Below are positions 1-13,139 of a DNA stretch of 64,000 nucleotides, one piece after another (position 1 is the first letter of the stretch; every line of letters starts with the position of its first letter). Origin of the DNA: Selaginella moellendorffii (lineage: Eukaryota; Plantae; Lycopodiophyta); the NCBI RefSeq assembly GCF_000143415.4, contig NW_003314319.1:196115-260114 (forward strand), in the 5' to 3' direction. The notes under the pieces are model-generated. The model saw only the letters and a program-made list of their open reading frames with translations, did no database searches and was not told where the DNA came from. Both the position numbers and the translations under genes were made by a program.

Positions 1-51
1 TCAGCCACGCACCTCTACTTCCATTTTGAGTATACAAATTTACAAATGGTG

Positions 52-2334
52 TTAAATATAGTCTTGTCTTTTGCCAGCAGCGTGAAGATTGGCAACCAAC
101 ACATATGGAGAGCCACATTCAGGCCTAAACTCCACAATTTTCTCAGCTGCCCGAGCTGCCAGATCGTCGTTCTCGTAGAAAGTTGACGCTGCTAGCAAGC
201 TCCCCCATGTAGCACCATGAGCGGCAAACGGCATCTTGTCTGTCACCTCTTCGGCACTATCAAGCTGCCCAGACCTCGCCAGAATGTCAACAACGCAGCA
301 GTAGTGCTCCCGCGTGGGAGTCAACCCAAAGTCAGCGCGCATTGACACAAACTGTGTCAACGCCTCATTGACAAGCCCGGAATGGCTGCACCAGGCCAGA
401 ATGGTCGCAAAGGCGATCCTGTCCGGCGCAACCCCTACCAAGTTCATCATCCGGAAGAGAAAGAGGGCTTTCCCTGCTGGCGCATGAGCCTTGATCATGG
501 CATTCCACGACACGAGGTCCCGAACAGGCATTTCATGGAAAGTTGTGAGAGCTTCCTGAAAGAAGCCGTTTTGCTCGTAGGCCGAGGTCATAATGTTCCA
601 TGCTGTGACATCGCGAGAGGGCATGGATGCAAATAGTTCCCTGGCCTCGCTCACTCTGCCGTAGTGAGAGAGCCCCGTGATCACTGTGCTCCATGACACA
701 ACGTGCCTCTGCGGCATTCTGTCGAATGCGAGCCTGGCCTCATCCAAGCAGGAGAATTGGCAGTAGACTGCGATCATGGTGTTCCAAGACACTAGGGTTC
801 TCTCAGGCATAGATTTGAATCTAGTTTGGCACTGCTCCAAGCAGCCATTCGTCCCAAATGCCACGAGCTCTACATTCCATGAGATGACACTGTGTTTTGG
901 CATCCTTTCCAGGACCTGCAAGGCTTGAGCGAGACGCCCCGCTTGAGAAAACCCGGAAAGTAACGAGTTCCACGAAAATGGATCCCTTTCGGGCATAGCA
1001 TCGAAGCACGTCTTCATTTCTTCAACGTATCCAAGTTGGGCATTTGCTGCAACAACGGCATTCCAGGAGACGACATTGCAGGACGGCATTTTCTGGAACA
1101 TGATCTTCACAAGATTAATGGAGCTGTTCTGTGCGCCAGATGACATCAAAGCAGTCCAGGAGATCACGTTTCTTTCAGGCATTTGATCAAACATAAACTT
1201 TGCGCGATCAACACACCCGCTTTGAGCATAGGCTGACACTGCAATATTCCACGACACTAAGCTTCTGCATGGCATTTTATCAAACATCATCCTTGTCATG
1301 TCAATCTTACCATTCTGTAGAAATGATTTTGCTAGAGCATTCCAGGTACCCGCTGCTTTGCCTTGCGTTGAATCAAACATCTCTTTTGCCTGATCAAGAT
1401 GCCCCGCCCGGGCGTACAGTAAAATCATCACATTGCAAGCGATCAAATCCCTTTCCTCCATTGCAAGAAATATCCTCCTTGCCTGCGCATCCATTCCATT
1501 TTGCGCAAACGCAGTGATCATGGCCGTTGACGACACGGCATCGTGAAGTGGCATCCTCTCAAACACGGCACTGGCGCCCAGGATATGCCCGGCTTGGGCA
1601 TACGCATTGAATATCCTTGTCCAGGACAAAGAATTCTGTGACGGCATAACGTCAAACAGGGCTTTGGAATCCTCCAGACGAAGACCCGGTGCTTCGGCAA
1701 ATGTGGAAATCAGGCAGTTCCATGCTACCTCGTTCCGCTTAGGCATCCTGTCAAAGAACTTTCTAGCCAGATCAAATTGAAGGTACCGTACAAATGCCGT
1801 TATCATCAAGTTCCAGGTGATTAGATCGCGCCCGCGCATGCCATCGAACATCAATCGAGCGTCTTCAAAATATCCGTTCTGGGCATATGCAGTAATCATG
1901 GAGTTCCAGGAAACTGTATCAGGCATGGGGGCTCGATCGAACAAAAGCTTGGCTTCTTTCAGTCGCCCGTTTTGGTTGTAGACATTGAGCATAATGTTGC
2001 ATGATCTGGTGTCAGGGTTCGGGATAGAGGCGAAGATCTCCAAGGCCTGCTGCAGTTCCCCGCAAGCGCCATACATGAGCACCAGATGATCCGCCAGGAA
2101 CTTGCAATGGCGGAGAGTGGAAGCAAGAATGGAGCTGTGGAGCCTCCTGCCTTCGTCGAGATCTTTGCTCCTGGCACATGCCTTGAGACAGCGTCCAAGT
2201 TCTTCCACAGATCCATTGCACCACGGGATCTTGCTGGAGCTGCCATATTGTGCTGTGAGAATCTTTCTGAATCCTTCAGTAGGCCATGCAATCATGAAAA
2301 CATTGGAAGACAATATGATAATATGGTTTGACAT
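52..2334 (-). CDS. Pentatricopeptide repeat protein, PLS class with E domain (no DYW); probable organellar RNA-editing factor
   Basis: Intronless 760-aa ORF with many 'A..LFD.MP.RD.VSWN.MI.AYAQ.G' repeats. The C-terminus 'HYCCVVDILARSGQL...WGSLLAA...PYVLVANLH' is typical of L2/S2/E motifs. Confidence 0.93.
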   Translation of the reverse strand: MSNHIIILSSNVFMIAWPTEGFRKILTAQYGSSSKIPWCNGSVEELGRCLKACARSKDLDEGRRLHSSILASTLRHCKFLADHLVLMYGACGELQQALEIFASIPNPDTRSCNIMLNVYNQNGRLKEAKLLFDRAPMPDTVSWNSMITAYAQNGYFEDARLMFDGMRGRDLITWNLMITAFVRYLQFDLARKFFDRMPKRNEVAWNCLISTFAEAPGLRLEDSKALFDVMPSQNSLSWTRIFNAYAQAGHILGASAVFERMPLHDAVSSTAMITAFAQNGMDAQARRIFLAMEERDLIACNVMILLYARAGHLDQAKEMFDSTQGKAAGTWNALAKSFLQNGKIDMTRMMFDKMPCRSLVSWNIAVSAYAQSGCVDRAKFMFDQMPERNVISWTALMSSGAQNSSINLVKIMFQKMPSCNVVSWNAVVAANAQLGYVEEMKTCFDAMPERDPFSWNSLLSGFSQAGRLAQALQVLERMPKHSVISWNVELVAFGTNGCLEQCQTRFKSMPERTLVSWNTMIAVYCQFSCLDEARLAFDRMPQRHVVSWSTVITGLSHYGRVSEARELFASMPSRDVTAWNIMTSAYEQNGFFQEALTTFHEMPVRDLVSWNAMIKAHAPAGKALFLFRMMNLVGVAPDRIAFATILAWCSHSGLVNEALTQFVSMRADFGLTPTREHYCCVVDILARSGQLDSAEEVTDKMPFAAHGATWGSLLAASTFYENDDLAARAAEKIVEFRPECGSPYVLVANLHAAGKRQDYI

Positions 2335-2399
2335 TAATATTTAACTATTATTACTATAAATTCAAATTTGAGAGATCTCGTGTATTGTAAACCTGAAGT

Positions 2400-2800
2400 T
2401 TTCCAGAATGTTTGCCATCCAGTAGACATTTGTGATGTGCTCGTCATACAAGGTTGACTTGTAGATTGGTGGATTTTTCTCGTTGTTAAGTTCTGGCAGA
2501 GGCCCTACCACAGCATCCAGTGATGGATTGCAAAATGTCGTGATGGTGATCAGGCTGGACAAGGACCCGGTGCTCAAAACTCTTGTATTTTCCATTGTTC
2601 AAGATCTGGATGGAAGAGAATAGAACCATGATTCAATCAATCAAAGTACTATAAAAGTGGTTATTCAACTTACTTCTCCAATTTTCACGATGAACGCATT
2701 TTTTATAGGCTTCTAAGTCGTACCAAAGATTGCCCTTTCTGGCCTGGAGTCCGCCAATCTGGCAGATAATAATTCAATTGCAAAATCATCTCAGAGTCTC
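2400..2800 (-). pseudogene. 2-oxoglutarate/Fe(II)-dependent dioxygenase fragment (frameshifted)
   Basis: Minus-strand pieces read QIGGLQARKGNLWYD / KPIKNAFIVKIGE, then a GT-AG intron, then ILNNGKYKSFEHRVLV / ITTFCNPSLDAVVGPLPEL..PPIYK. These are C-terminal 2-ODD motifs lying in different frames. Confidence 0.75.
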
Positions 2801-2999
2801 CAAACAATTTCGCCAGGCAGCTTGAATCCAGCCCGAGTCCTTTAGACAACGCTGACAGCAGTCATGCTTTGAAACATAGTTGGAGGTGAGCTTCCTCCGG
2901 ACAACCTGTGCTTGAATTTCATCCATACTTTTCTTTTCTCGAACGCGCTCCACTTGTTTCAGCGGTTTTTCAGCCCAAACTGTAGCTTCCCAGGATCAT

Positions 3000-4457
3000 G
3001 ATCAAACACCTCTACAAAAGTCGATCTTCCTCATGATCTCCTCCGGAGGATCACTCAACAATTTCAGCCTCTTCTCGCAGCATCTCAAGCTGTCCCTCGA
3101 CTACAATCAAAAGAAATATTAACACCATAAGCTTCTTCAAAGATGTTGGCACTAGCGTCGCCATTCTCTCCGGCCTCGTCTATGATCTCACCGGGCCCTT
3201 GCTCCTCCTTGGATTCGCGCTAAACTTTGCTGGATACTCCATGATATGGCTGGCTACAACGGAGAGAATCGCGCACCCCCATATCTGGGAGCTGTGCTTC
3301 TATCTCTTTATGATCGGCGCGTCGGCAGGCTTCACCACCACAGCTGTTCTTGTGTCCTGTGCCAAGAATTTCCCCAAGAACCAGGGCATGGTTCTTATTG
3401 AGCGTTACGATCTTCTCTCGCAGCAATGATTCCTTCATCCTCTTCCTCTTTCTGGCCCGGTTTCCATCGCTCTTGTGCCTACTCTTCGCGTTTGTCATTC
3501 GATCTCTCGACATCGGCGAGAACGCTCTTCGTCTTCTTGTAGGTAACTTTGATCCTGGCTGGATATCTCATGGCGATTGTCATCCTCCAGCATTTCGTGC
3601 GCCTAGAATCTTGGATCATCAAGGCCTTCTTTTCATCATGCTGCTCATCCTCTCCTTCCCGGCAATACAAATCCCTCAGGTAGATCATCAAGATGGTAAG
3701 AACGTGGTCAATGTAGATCCTCTGGATCATGGAGCAAACGCCGCTGCTTCACCTATCAGCTCGATCTTCTCCAAAGGACTGCCAGTCAAGCGAGGGGACG
3801 ATTTCACAATCCTCCAGGCGCTCTGTAGCATCGACGTGCTTCTCATTTTTGCAGCGTCAACGTGTGGCATTGGCGCTGTGCTCACGGTGACCAACAATTT
3901 CGGCCAGATTGGATCGTCCCTGGGGTACTCCCAGGCCGGAACAAACACTTTCATCGCGCTGCTCAGTATCTGGGACTTCATACGTGGCGTTGGCTGCAGC
4001 TTCATCTCGGATACGTGCCTCGCCAGCTATGGCGTCTCAAGGCCCTTCTTCCTGTGCCTGGTTCTCTTGCTTCACTCCCTTGGGAGCTTGATAATCGCTC
4101 TTGGACTTCCCGGAGCGCTCTTCTACGGCTCGGTTTTGATCGGGCTGTCAATCGGTGGGCAGTGGTCTAGACCATGATAGCGGAGATCTTCGGGCTCAGC
4201 TTCCAGCTCCAAAACGTAACTTACGTCGCCAAGGCGCTGGGAACGTATGTTTTGTCGTCCGTGTGGCCGGAGTTTTATACGATCGCGAGAGTAAGCTTGG
4301 ATCGAGAGATGACGAGCTTCTTTGCCATCGATCGCATTGCTACAGAGCAACCTTCTTCGTCATGGCTGGAGTGTGCTTGTTTGCAGCCGTTGTGATATTG
4401 TCCATGAGAACCGCAAAGCTTTATAGTGTCACTGTTCGAAAGAGACTCACTGGTTAG
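3000..4457 (+). pseudogene. Nodulin-like/NFD4-type MFS transporter, disrupted by frameshifts
   Basis: Motifs INTISFFKDVG..SGLVYD, GYSMIWLA, CAKNFPKNQG, RGDDFTILQAL, NNFGQIGSSLGY, ALLSIWDF and VAGVLYDRE are split over several frames. Confidence 0.8.
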
Positions 4458-4640
4458 ACGCTTTGATGTATTGACTTCGCCGCAAGAACAGCAAACTTCT
4501 ATAAAGCCACTCACTGCCGATTAGTAAAAAAAGCTCGAAGGAAGGTCATACCTTCACTTCCAAAACATTTGTCTCTCGGTTGATGATAGAAACTCGTTGT
4601 ACAGTCGATCATATACAACTATATGTAGATATTTCTGTTT

Positions 4641-6208
4641 TCAACGCTGTTGTTGCTCTTCTGTGTCCTGTAACGAGGGAGGGGGAGGAGGGAGAGGAGG
4701 TGAAGGGGACGATGGTTTGAGTGGCTCTATCTGTGCAATCTCGAGTAAAAGTTTGTGGAGTGACTGTGGCTTGGAGAAGAATGGGGAGTGATCGCTGCCT
4801 TTGAGAAGAAATACCTTCTCGGGGGGGTTGCTGCTTATCAGTCTCTCTTGGAGGGCCGGCGTTAGTGCGCAATCGTCGGTTGTCTGGATGAAAAATCTCC
4901 GCACGCTACCATATCTTTCCTGTGTTAGGCACAGCCTCTCCAGGGTTGGAGCAAATGGCACGGGCCTCAGAGAAACGGTCGCCAGTGCTACGTCCTGTTA
5001 AACAAAGCAAAAAAGAAAAGCTTCTTTTTCAGTCACCGTGCTGGCTACTAAAAACCACGAGAAAGTACGTACCTTTGCGGGGCTTTGGTTGAAAAACAAA
5101 TCCTTGATCAGGCTTTTGTCAAACTCGAGAGCCGTGGGAACAGACGAGCTACCGTTCGCGTATACAAACTGTTGAGCCTTGGGTAGAAGATCGTCTGCAG
5201 TGATTAACTGCAATCACAACACAATCGAAATCATGTTTGTGGTGATCACAAGTTTTATATGGAGTTTACCTCTGGAGCAAAGATGTCGGACGCCCTCTGC
5301 CCGTTCGCCACCATTGCCGCAGAGACGAAAACAGCCTTGCAGATTTTGGTGGGGAAAGCTTCCATGGCGTAGGAGATGCAAGCGCCACCAAAGTCGTGGC
5401 CAACGAGTATCACCTGAAAGCGCAAGAAAAGAGAGCGAAAAAGCGGAGGAAAAAAAAAGAGTATCTGTCAGATAGTATGCTCACGGACGAGGAAGCGATT
5501 GAAGTTTTTAACGGGGTGTACCTTCTCATTGTCTGGAAGCTTTTCCAGGAGCGAGAGCAGCGGCTTTACGTACTGTGAGAGCGTCGAGATTGTGTTTGGA
5601 TCGGTGTGATCGATGCCGGAGCCAGTGAGATCCACGGTTGAGGCAGTGAAGCCAGACTCCTCCAGCAACGCGATGGATTTGTACCAGCACCACGCTCCAT
5701 TCCCGGCTCCGTGAACCAGCACAAAGTGCTTGCTCTCGAGATTGTCAGGGAGACCTGGCTGGAAGAAAGACAACAACAAAGAAAAACAGACCTCGATCAT
5801 CAAAACACTCGCTCCATAAAACTATAGAACTGCTGGCTAGAGAACTACAAACAACTAGGAACTACTCGAGAACTCCAACTAGGAACTTACCTTGATCCCA
5901 TTGACGAGCTGGTGTGGCGGCACGACCGGATCCGAGATGGAGCGCGGCCTGGTGCTGGCGCTCCGCGGGAGCCTCTCCGGGAACAAGTTGGGATTGTTGC
6001 GCTGCGACGCGGCGCGCTCCAGCCGGATGGATTTCTGCTGCTGCTGCAGCGCAAACGCCAGCACCTGGCGCTCGATCAGCTCCTCCTCGAGCGCCTTTTG
6101 CTTCTTCTGCGCCGCCTTCCGAGCCGCCTTGTCCTTCTTGGCCGAGGAAGAAGAGGACGAGTTCTTCTTCCCTTTGCCCGACACCATCCTCGCCAGTCCA
6201 TTCCCCAT
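4641..6208 (-). CDS. Methylesterase family alpha/beta hydrolase, MES11/13/15-like; exons 6208-5891, 5758-5522, 5413-5270, 5207-5073, 4994-4641
   Basis: GT-AG introns join HFVLVHGAGNGAWCWYK, VILVGHDFGG and GSDHSPFFSKPQSL in frame. The protein has an N-terminal MGN extension with a basic/coiled region. Confidence 0.9.
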
Positions 6209-7231
6209 TTTGCTCTTGCTCTTGCTCTTGCTCGCTCGCTACAAAAAAGACCAAAATTCTCTCACGCTGCGCTACTATCTAGCTAAAACCCTGTCCGCGC
6301 GCGCGATCCATCCCTGGATCTACCTAAATGCGCGCCGCCAATCCCCCACGCATTCTCCCGGATCGCGCGCTTGTGGGAAGCCTAGCGGGCGCTGGATTGG
6401 CGCTCCTCCTCTCCCCGGGAATGAAAGAGAGCCGCCTTGTGGCGCCCTAAAACCCAGCCTTCATAAATTATGAGAGCCCAGAGCTACCTCTCGCGGCATT
6501 TCCTTTAAGAGGATGATTGCCCGACCGTGTTGTTTCTCCTCTAAACAATCACTAAAGAAACCACTCACTCGCAAGGGAATTCCTGGGTAAAATTCGTAAA
6601 AAAAGGAAGATCAAACTGTGGATCGATTGGGTGCATAATCTCTGGGTACAATAATGTGCTCCCATGACTTTCTCTCGCGTCTCATTCCAATTTTTACTGC
6701 CCAAAACTCCCGCTTTCTGTCCGCCATAGCCGTATGCTCATGTCATCGCGGTGGTCTTGTACGCTGTACACGGTGTACGTCATTCTCGGTAGCGTACAAA
6801 CACCTGTATTCACCCACACTGTAGAGATTTTTTGGGTCGTTCCTTTTGGATTCACTGCGCAGTGTATTTTAGACTCTGGGAGGATTGCATTGTAGCTCTT
6901 TGTTCTCGGCGTAGACGACGCTGGAAATAGTTCGCCAAGCTTTTCCTTTCACAGGTGGCGAGTCCATTCCATGTCCACCAAATGAGAAAAATCACCTTGA
7001 CTTTGACTTTATCGTCCAGTCAAACGAGACCACTGGCAGTCAAATCTTATGCTCCAAATCCGCGTTTAAACTTAGAAAAATATTTCGTGCTCTTCTCCTT
7101 ACGAGCTAAGTTAGCACCAAAAAAATTGTTTATAGAGATTGGCTGACTTGCAGTGTTTGTGTTTCACTTGGTCTCTTCTATCATCGACCTATATAACAAA
7201 CTCTTTCTCGCATAATTTCACAAGCATTTCA

Positions 7232-7903
7232 ATGGAACTTGCTGGATTTCTTTTGATCCTCTCGCTGTGTGCCACCTCCGCCCACGCCCAGATCACTCTC
7301 GTCTTCGCAAACAACGCCCAAGGAACCGCCGGCGGTAGGCGCTTCGACTCCGTGGTGGGCGCCCAGGGAGCCTTCACCGTCCTCTCCAACGCCATCACCT
7401 TCGTCCAGTCCACCTTCGACTACTCCAATCCATCCACGCCCAAGAAGAGCGTCTCCAGGATCACCTTCACGGTCGACGATATCGGCGGCGTCGCGTACAC
7501 CAGTAACGATCAGATCCATCTCAGCGCGTCATATGTTGGGAATTACAGCGGCGATGTTGCGAGAGAGATCCGGGGCGTGATGTTCCACGAGATGACTCAT
7601 GTGTGGCAGTGGAACGGGAGAGGCAGCGCCCCCGGGGGATTGATCGAGGGGATTGCCGATTTTGTGAGGCTCAAGGCGAATCTGGCACCGTCGCATTGGG
7701 TGAAGCCCGGCGCGGGGAATCGGTGGGATCAGGGGTACGATGTCACTGCCAGGTTTCTCGACTATGTCAACAGTCTAAGCGCAGGCTTTGTGGCCAAGCT
7801 CAATGCCAAGCTTGCAACTGGGTGGAGCGAGAGCTACTTCCAGGACTTGACCGGAAAGAGCGTTGGAACGCTGTGGAGCGATTACAAAAAAAAATACAGC
7901 TAA
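7232..7903 (+). CDS. Plant basic secretory protein (BSP/PR-17, NtPRp27-like) with signal peptide
   Basis: ATG at 7232 and a hydrophobic signal peptide. Motifs HEMTHVWQWNG, APGGLIEGIADFVRL and WDQGYDVTARFLDY. TATA-like ctatataa at ~7189. Confidence 0.93.
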   Translation: MELAGFLLILSLCATSAHAQITLVFANNAQGTAGGRRFDSVVGAQGAFTVLSNAITFVQSTFDYSNPSTPKKSVSRITFTVDDIGGVAYTSNDQIHLSASYVGNYSGDVAREIRGVMFHEMTHVWQWNGRGSAPGGLIEGIADFVRLKANLAPSHWVKPGAGNRWDQGYDVTARFLDYVNSLSAGFVAKLNAKLATGWSESYFQDLTGKSVGTLWSDYKKKYS

Positions 7904-9967
7904 TCATTGGATAGTAACGCACACAAAACATCCAAAAATGATTCAATATATATTAGTAAATACCTTAAAATAAATCAAAGTTTTTTAAAAAATAAGTGAC
8001 ATTAAAAATCTTGGAAGTATAAGAAATGCAGAGGAAAATGTGGGACTGGGAGACAACAATTTCTTCTCGAGAGTGAGCAATGCGCCGGAGGAATGGAAAC
8101 TTCTGAGGTGAATGTCAATCGTCTCTCTCTTCTTGTTTTGGATTTTTACCCTACTTTATCTCCCTGCTGAGTTGATCCCACCATTCACGCTGATCTAGCT
8201 CCTTCGTAGTGACGGCACCGACAACAAAGGGTCGCAAGCTTCCCAGCGAATCGGTTTGCTAACGCGACGTTTTCTCTTGATGGTGCCAGGTAATAACATG
8301 GAGGATGGCGAGCATCGACAAGAGGAACGCGAGATGGATGGGGTACGAGCTCAATGCGATGATAAACTGAGTCGATGACTAGCGCGTTTGCACCCCCTTG
8401 TCACTCGTGGGACCTAGGCCCTGGGGAGTTGTTATGATTCTCAGCTTCCAAGTTGCATAGTTTTACTTGTCGTTCTTGTTCTATTACCGATTCCCTGCAC
8501 AGAGCATGGCTGGTTTGATCAGTTCGATTGCATTCAGCAAAATCTGGAAGCTCACCATGGGTGATGCTATCATTTAAGCTATGCACTAAGTCTTCTTAGA
8601 CAGTGTCCAAGTTTATCTGGCTGATTCCAAGTTAAACTCTTCTTTTTTCCTTCACGTTATCGCGAGCGGCAGTGACGTCCTAATCACGCACCTCCGATTT
8701 CCGAGGTCGGACAAATTCAAACTTCCTCTACAAACGAGACGGAGGATGGGGAGACCGAACACCAATCTTGTTATTCAAATGAGATGGTCGCACCAACTAC
8801 CTTTGTGCAACCCATGTTGCTTCTCATTGCCGTGCGGCGTGATGTTCAGAAAAGGCATCGCAAGACGACTGCTGTGAGGCACTTCCAGGATGTCCATCGA
8901 GAGGGGACCAGTCCTCTGTCTTGGCCACACGACCAAGCATCCAAACACATTATATTAACCAAGCTCATCCACGGCCATGGGTGATATTACCACAGAGGAG
9001 GCTGAAATGCTATCGCAATTCCAGGAGAATTACAACGCTCAGAATGTCGAGCCTAGCCCTACAGCATCGGGTTCAGGAAGTATCCAAACTTTCTGTTTGT
9101 CCCACCTCAATCGACCAAATTCATGCTAGTGAATAAGATCTACAATCTATATTGTCACCACAAGCTTACTCAGAGCTCAGATTACTAAACAGATGTGGTT
9201 CATGTTTGGAAATCTTAAAGGCACGTCAAATGTGGCTGAACTCTCCTTTGAGGAAATCATGCAACGATGTGATGGCGACACACAGATCATCGCTGGTGAT
9301 CTTTCTGTGCCTATCATAAATCTTAGTGTGTTTGGTACGCAATGCAACACCACGCCTTTTTATATCGGGACCAGTCTACTTATGTCAGAACAGCTTTAGT
9401 CATGGAGTTGCCGCAATCTACTACATGGTGGCAAACATGAGACACTTCTTTGGTGATCCGGAATGCGATACGCTACCATCTAATCTTTCTGAGAAGAAGG
9501 AAGATGATGATTGAATTGGCCGAAAAAGTGGCTGTTGGGCCACTTCCGCTCATGGAAAGACTGTTTGCTCACTACAAGGATGCTCGGCTGCTAAATAGAG
9601 TTCCTCATGCTGCCTCTCCATTTTATTCACAGCGAACCTGATTCGTGGCTCAATTTGGGACACACAGATGCCTGGATTTTGCACACTCGCCGAGGAAGTG
9701 ATGTGATAATGGTCGTGGTGATTTTGCTACACCACCTTGCAGTCTCTCTGAAACTAGGAGCCACCAGCGACTCCCTCATCCACTCCTGCTTCGGCTAATC
9801 AAGTGAACTGCACACAGCGTGCACAGAACCATGGATAGTGCGTCATCTGATCTGGTCCTACCTCCACACACAAGTTCTAGGGATGGTAGAGGTTTTGGAC
9901 ACGGCAGTACCACTAGAGGTGGATGTGGTTGTTTTCTAATTCATTTTTTAGTGATACATTTTTCTCC

Positions 9968-12850
9968 TCATGAGATCTAGGTGGCACATGTCTTGCCACC
10001 TTCCAGATTCTGTAGGCTAGATGGTTGTATATATATTAAAGATATATCCTTTGCCAATGCATTGTCACTTTTCATGATAGTGGATCTCAATCTTGGAATG
10101 ATGGCTCTCACTAGCGAGGAGGCTGGTGAGGAGGAGGATGAGATTTAGAAGGATGGTGCAAGGAGGCTGACAAAAAAAGTGAGTCACAAGATTATGGCTA
10201 AAGAGGGAGTTTGCTGCGCTAGAGCGGCAGAGGCGATGGGTGCTAAGACAAAGAGGTGTTGCCAAAGGAGACAATACCAGGGAGCAAGCTGTGTGTTGTG
10301 TGTGGTGTGGAGCACAAGCTGTGCTCTAGATGCTCCCAGTAGAGGCGCTAGACAGTGCTAGACGTGTTGTCTAGAGGTGCTGGGCAAAGCCACTGCACAA
10401 GGCACCATAAGGCAGTACATGCATGGGTGCTAGATGGAGGCATGCTATCTAAATTAAGGCAATGCCAGGCACTGGCTAGAAGCATTGTGATTGGGCAGGA
10501 TCCAGGTGCTGGCCAAAGGAGAGCATAATGAGGGCTACTATGCTGAGATGATGGAGCGATGTTGCAAGGAGTCTATGTTGCCATTTAGCACTAGTCATTT
10601 TCTTTTCCTTGATCCTTGTTTTTGCTTCAATTGGTGTGGATCATAGTGGCATGATCCAGGGTCTTAATGTGAGGTAGAGCACCTTGAGAGGGAGCAGTGG
10701 AGCAACTAGAGGATGAGAGGGAGACCTAAATATTCAAAGGAGTCCAAAAGGGAGACTTCCGGTATGAAAGGCTGGACACTAAGGTATGGTGGACCAAAAG
10801 CACACACTATTGCATTGGGTGTGAGTGATCTAGACTCGCAAAGGTGCTAGAGGTGTGGATCAGAGGCTGTGCATAGATCAGAGGCTACAGAAGGTTGGAA
10901 GCACTAACCAGAGACATAGGAGGATGTTAGAGGTAGAGATGATGTGGCATGTAGTTATGCTTATGTGGCAGTAGTTTCATGTATATGTACCATCCATATA
11001 CAATTGAATACACACATAAAGTTCTTCCTCCTGTGCACGTCTCTCCACTGCTAACATGTTATCAAAGCAATTGGCTCTTTGATCTTGGGCATGGCACTTG
11101 CCAACCAGGAGGCTAGTGACAAGGAGGAAGATGAGCCTCCTGATTGCAATCTTTTTTGCAATGCTTCTAGATGCTTAAGGTGTTGCATCAAGGCACCAGG
11201 CTGAGGAGCAATTAGTAGCAAGTAGAGCATAAAGCTAGTGGGAGATTGAGAGATTTTAACAACCCATATAAAAAATTGGATAAGCAAGATTCAAGAACAT
11301 TGCATAACAATTCTTTGCAGGAATTTTCAACAACTAGGAAGGATATTTATAGAGATTTAAGTGCCTAGTAGTAGTAGAGGTGGGAACCTAGCAGTTCACA
11401 GCCAAGACCACATGCTAGTGGTAAGATTAAAGGAGCAAAAGTCCAAGATTAAGAACTAAGTTTTAAGTAGTTGATTAATGAGTTTTTTGTATGTTTTTCT
11501 CATTAGCTCTCCATGCTCATCATCTCAGATTAGCTAAGCAGGATTCAAGCCTAAATTCAAGCTTGGATAAGCTCCCTGATCGTGAGTGGGAGTGTTAGAG
11601 GTGGAGATGATGTGGCATGTAATTATGTAGTAGTTTCATGTATATGTACCATCCATATATAGTTGAATACATACAGAAAGTTCTTCCTCCTCATGGACGT
11701 CTTTCTACTGCTAACAAAGGAGAGGCACCAGGTGGCACTATGTGTGTTCACTAGTGATCATGATCAAGGGATTTTGGTAGGAGAGATCCTGAGAGGCAAT
11801 AAGCCTTCTAACTGATCTAGGAGGTAGAGGCAAGGCTATAGGACTTTTTAGAGGTTTGCATTGGTGCTAGTTATTTTTGAAGACAGATGGGATGGAAATG
11901 CTTCTAGCTCTAGTAGATGAGGCAGACCACCTTGAGAGGGAGTAGTGAAGTTGTGTGTGGTGTTAAGCACAAGGTGTGCTCTAGATGTTGCTAGTAGAGG
12001 TGCTAGACTGTGCTGGATGTGCTGTCTAGAGGCATTGGGCAGAACCACTGCACGAGGCACCACATTATTTGCATATGTATGGGCACTGGATATGTTGCCT
12101 AGAGGAGATGCCAGAGAGCAGTGAAGCTTGTGAAGTGTTGAGGCTAGGCACTGCTCAAAGACACTGACCAGGGGAGAGGTTAGGGTGCCACGGAGCATTT
12201 TTATAGACACCATTAGATCGGAAATTTACAGAAAGCATACTTTCAATTTCCAATCTAATATAGAAAATTGAGCGATAAAGATCTTTTCAAAGTGTTTGTT
12301 ATGATAAGTTAGGTGCCGCTTTGCTTATACATTTCCGGCCTTCTTGTAGAATGAGATTGCAGGAACATTGATTGTCATCATATTCGTGTAACTCTTGTTC
12401 CATTCGATAGACAAGTGTATTGTTTTTGGATAGGTAGCCATTAATTGAGTGAAGTACCATCCAAGCGCCTCTATTTTTGAGTCTACAATGACAAATTAAA
12501 TAGGTGTTAGACACTAGCTTTGTGTGGAGGAAAGGGTTTCTTTCATCCTTATAACCGTAGTGTTATGCCATATAAGCAAAGCTGAGGTATACACTAGACT
12601 TATGTATCTTTCTAGTTTTCTGGCACAAAAGAGCTGTTATAGTTTCTCAAAAATGTATAGATTGCTCAGTAGCTCAGGATCTCCAAAGACCTTAGCATTA
12701 ACTTATGAAGGCCAAATGGGTGGGCAAAAGATGTATCTTTGATATAGGAGAAACTAAGGGTTACCTAGCCTACAAAATCTAGAAGATGGCAAGATATGTG
12801 CCACCTAGATCTCATGACCTCAATGCTCCCTCTCACTTGAACATTATTAG
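9968..12850. repeat. Degenerate LTR-retroelement debris; inverted ~53-bp copies at 9968-10020 and 12765-12817; direct copies at ~10313-10410 and ~11970-12063
   Basis: Direct visual alignment of the copies. A PPT-like tract is adjacent to 12817 on the minus strand. Confidence 0.5.
10925..11716 (+). mobile_element. TRIM (miniature LTR retroelement)
   Basis: Direct repeats TGTTAG...CTAACA at 10925-11056 and 11593-11716. Degenerate Met PBS (tgttatcaaagc) after LTR1, purine tract before LTR2. Near-TSD gagga/aagga. No coding capacity. Confidence 0.75.
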
Positions 12851-13139
12851 AGCCTAAACATTGAAATTGAAGTCTCCCACTGATCCTTGTCCATCAGGAA
12901 CATCATTCCATTCATTGCTCCCTCTCAAGATGATTCGCTTCATATTGACACTATGATCTAGGCACTAGAAACATAACTAAAGAACCTCTATTCTCTCCTT
13001 AATCTAGTTTTGGGCAAAAATAACTAGAACCTATCCATACTTATAAGTATGCGTGATTAAAGAAAGCACTCCATATCTGGATTGGACAAAGTGGCTGAAT
13101 CTGATCTTCATATGCAAAGAGTTCATTCAAGATGAAGCT

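Noticed and set aside
8040-9800. Short ORFs and splice-like signals suggesting a decayed gene
   Set aside because: No recognisable motif, so no product can be assigned.
9968-12817. Inverted repeat as TIRs of a DNA transposon
   Set aside because: No TSD or transposase, and one copy abuts a PPT, so these are better explained as opposed LTR fragments.
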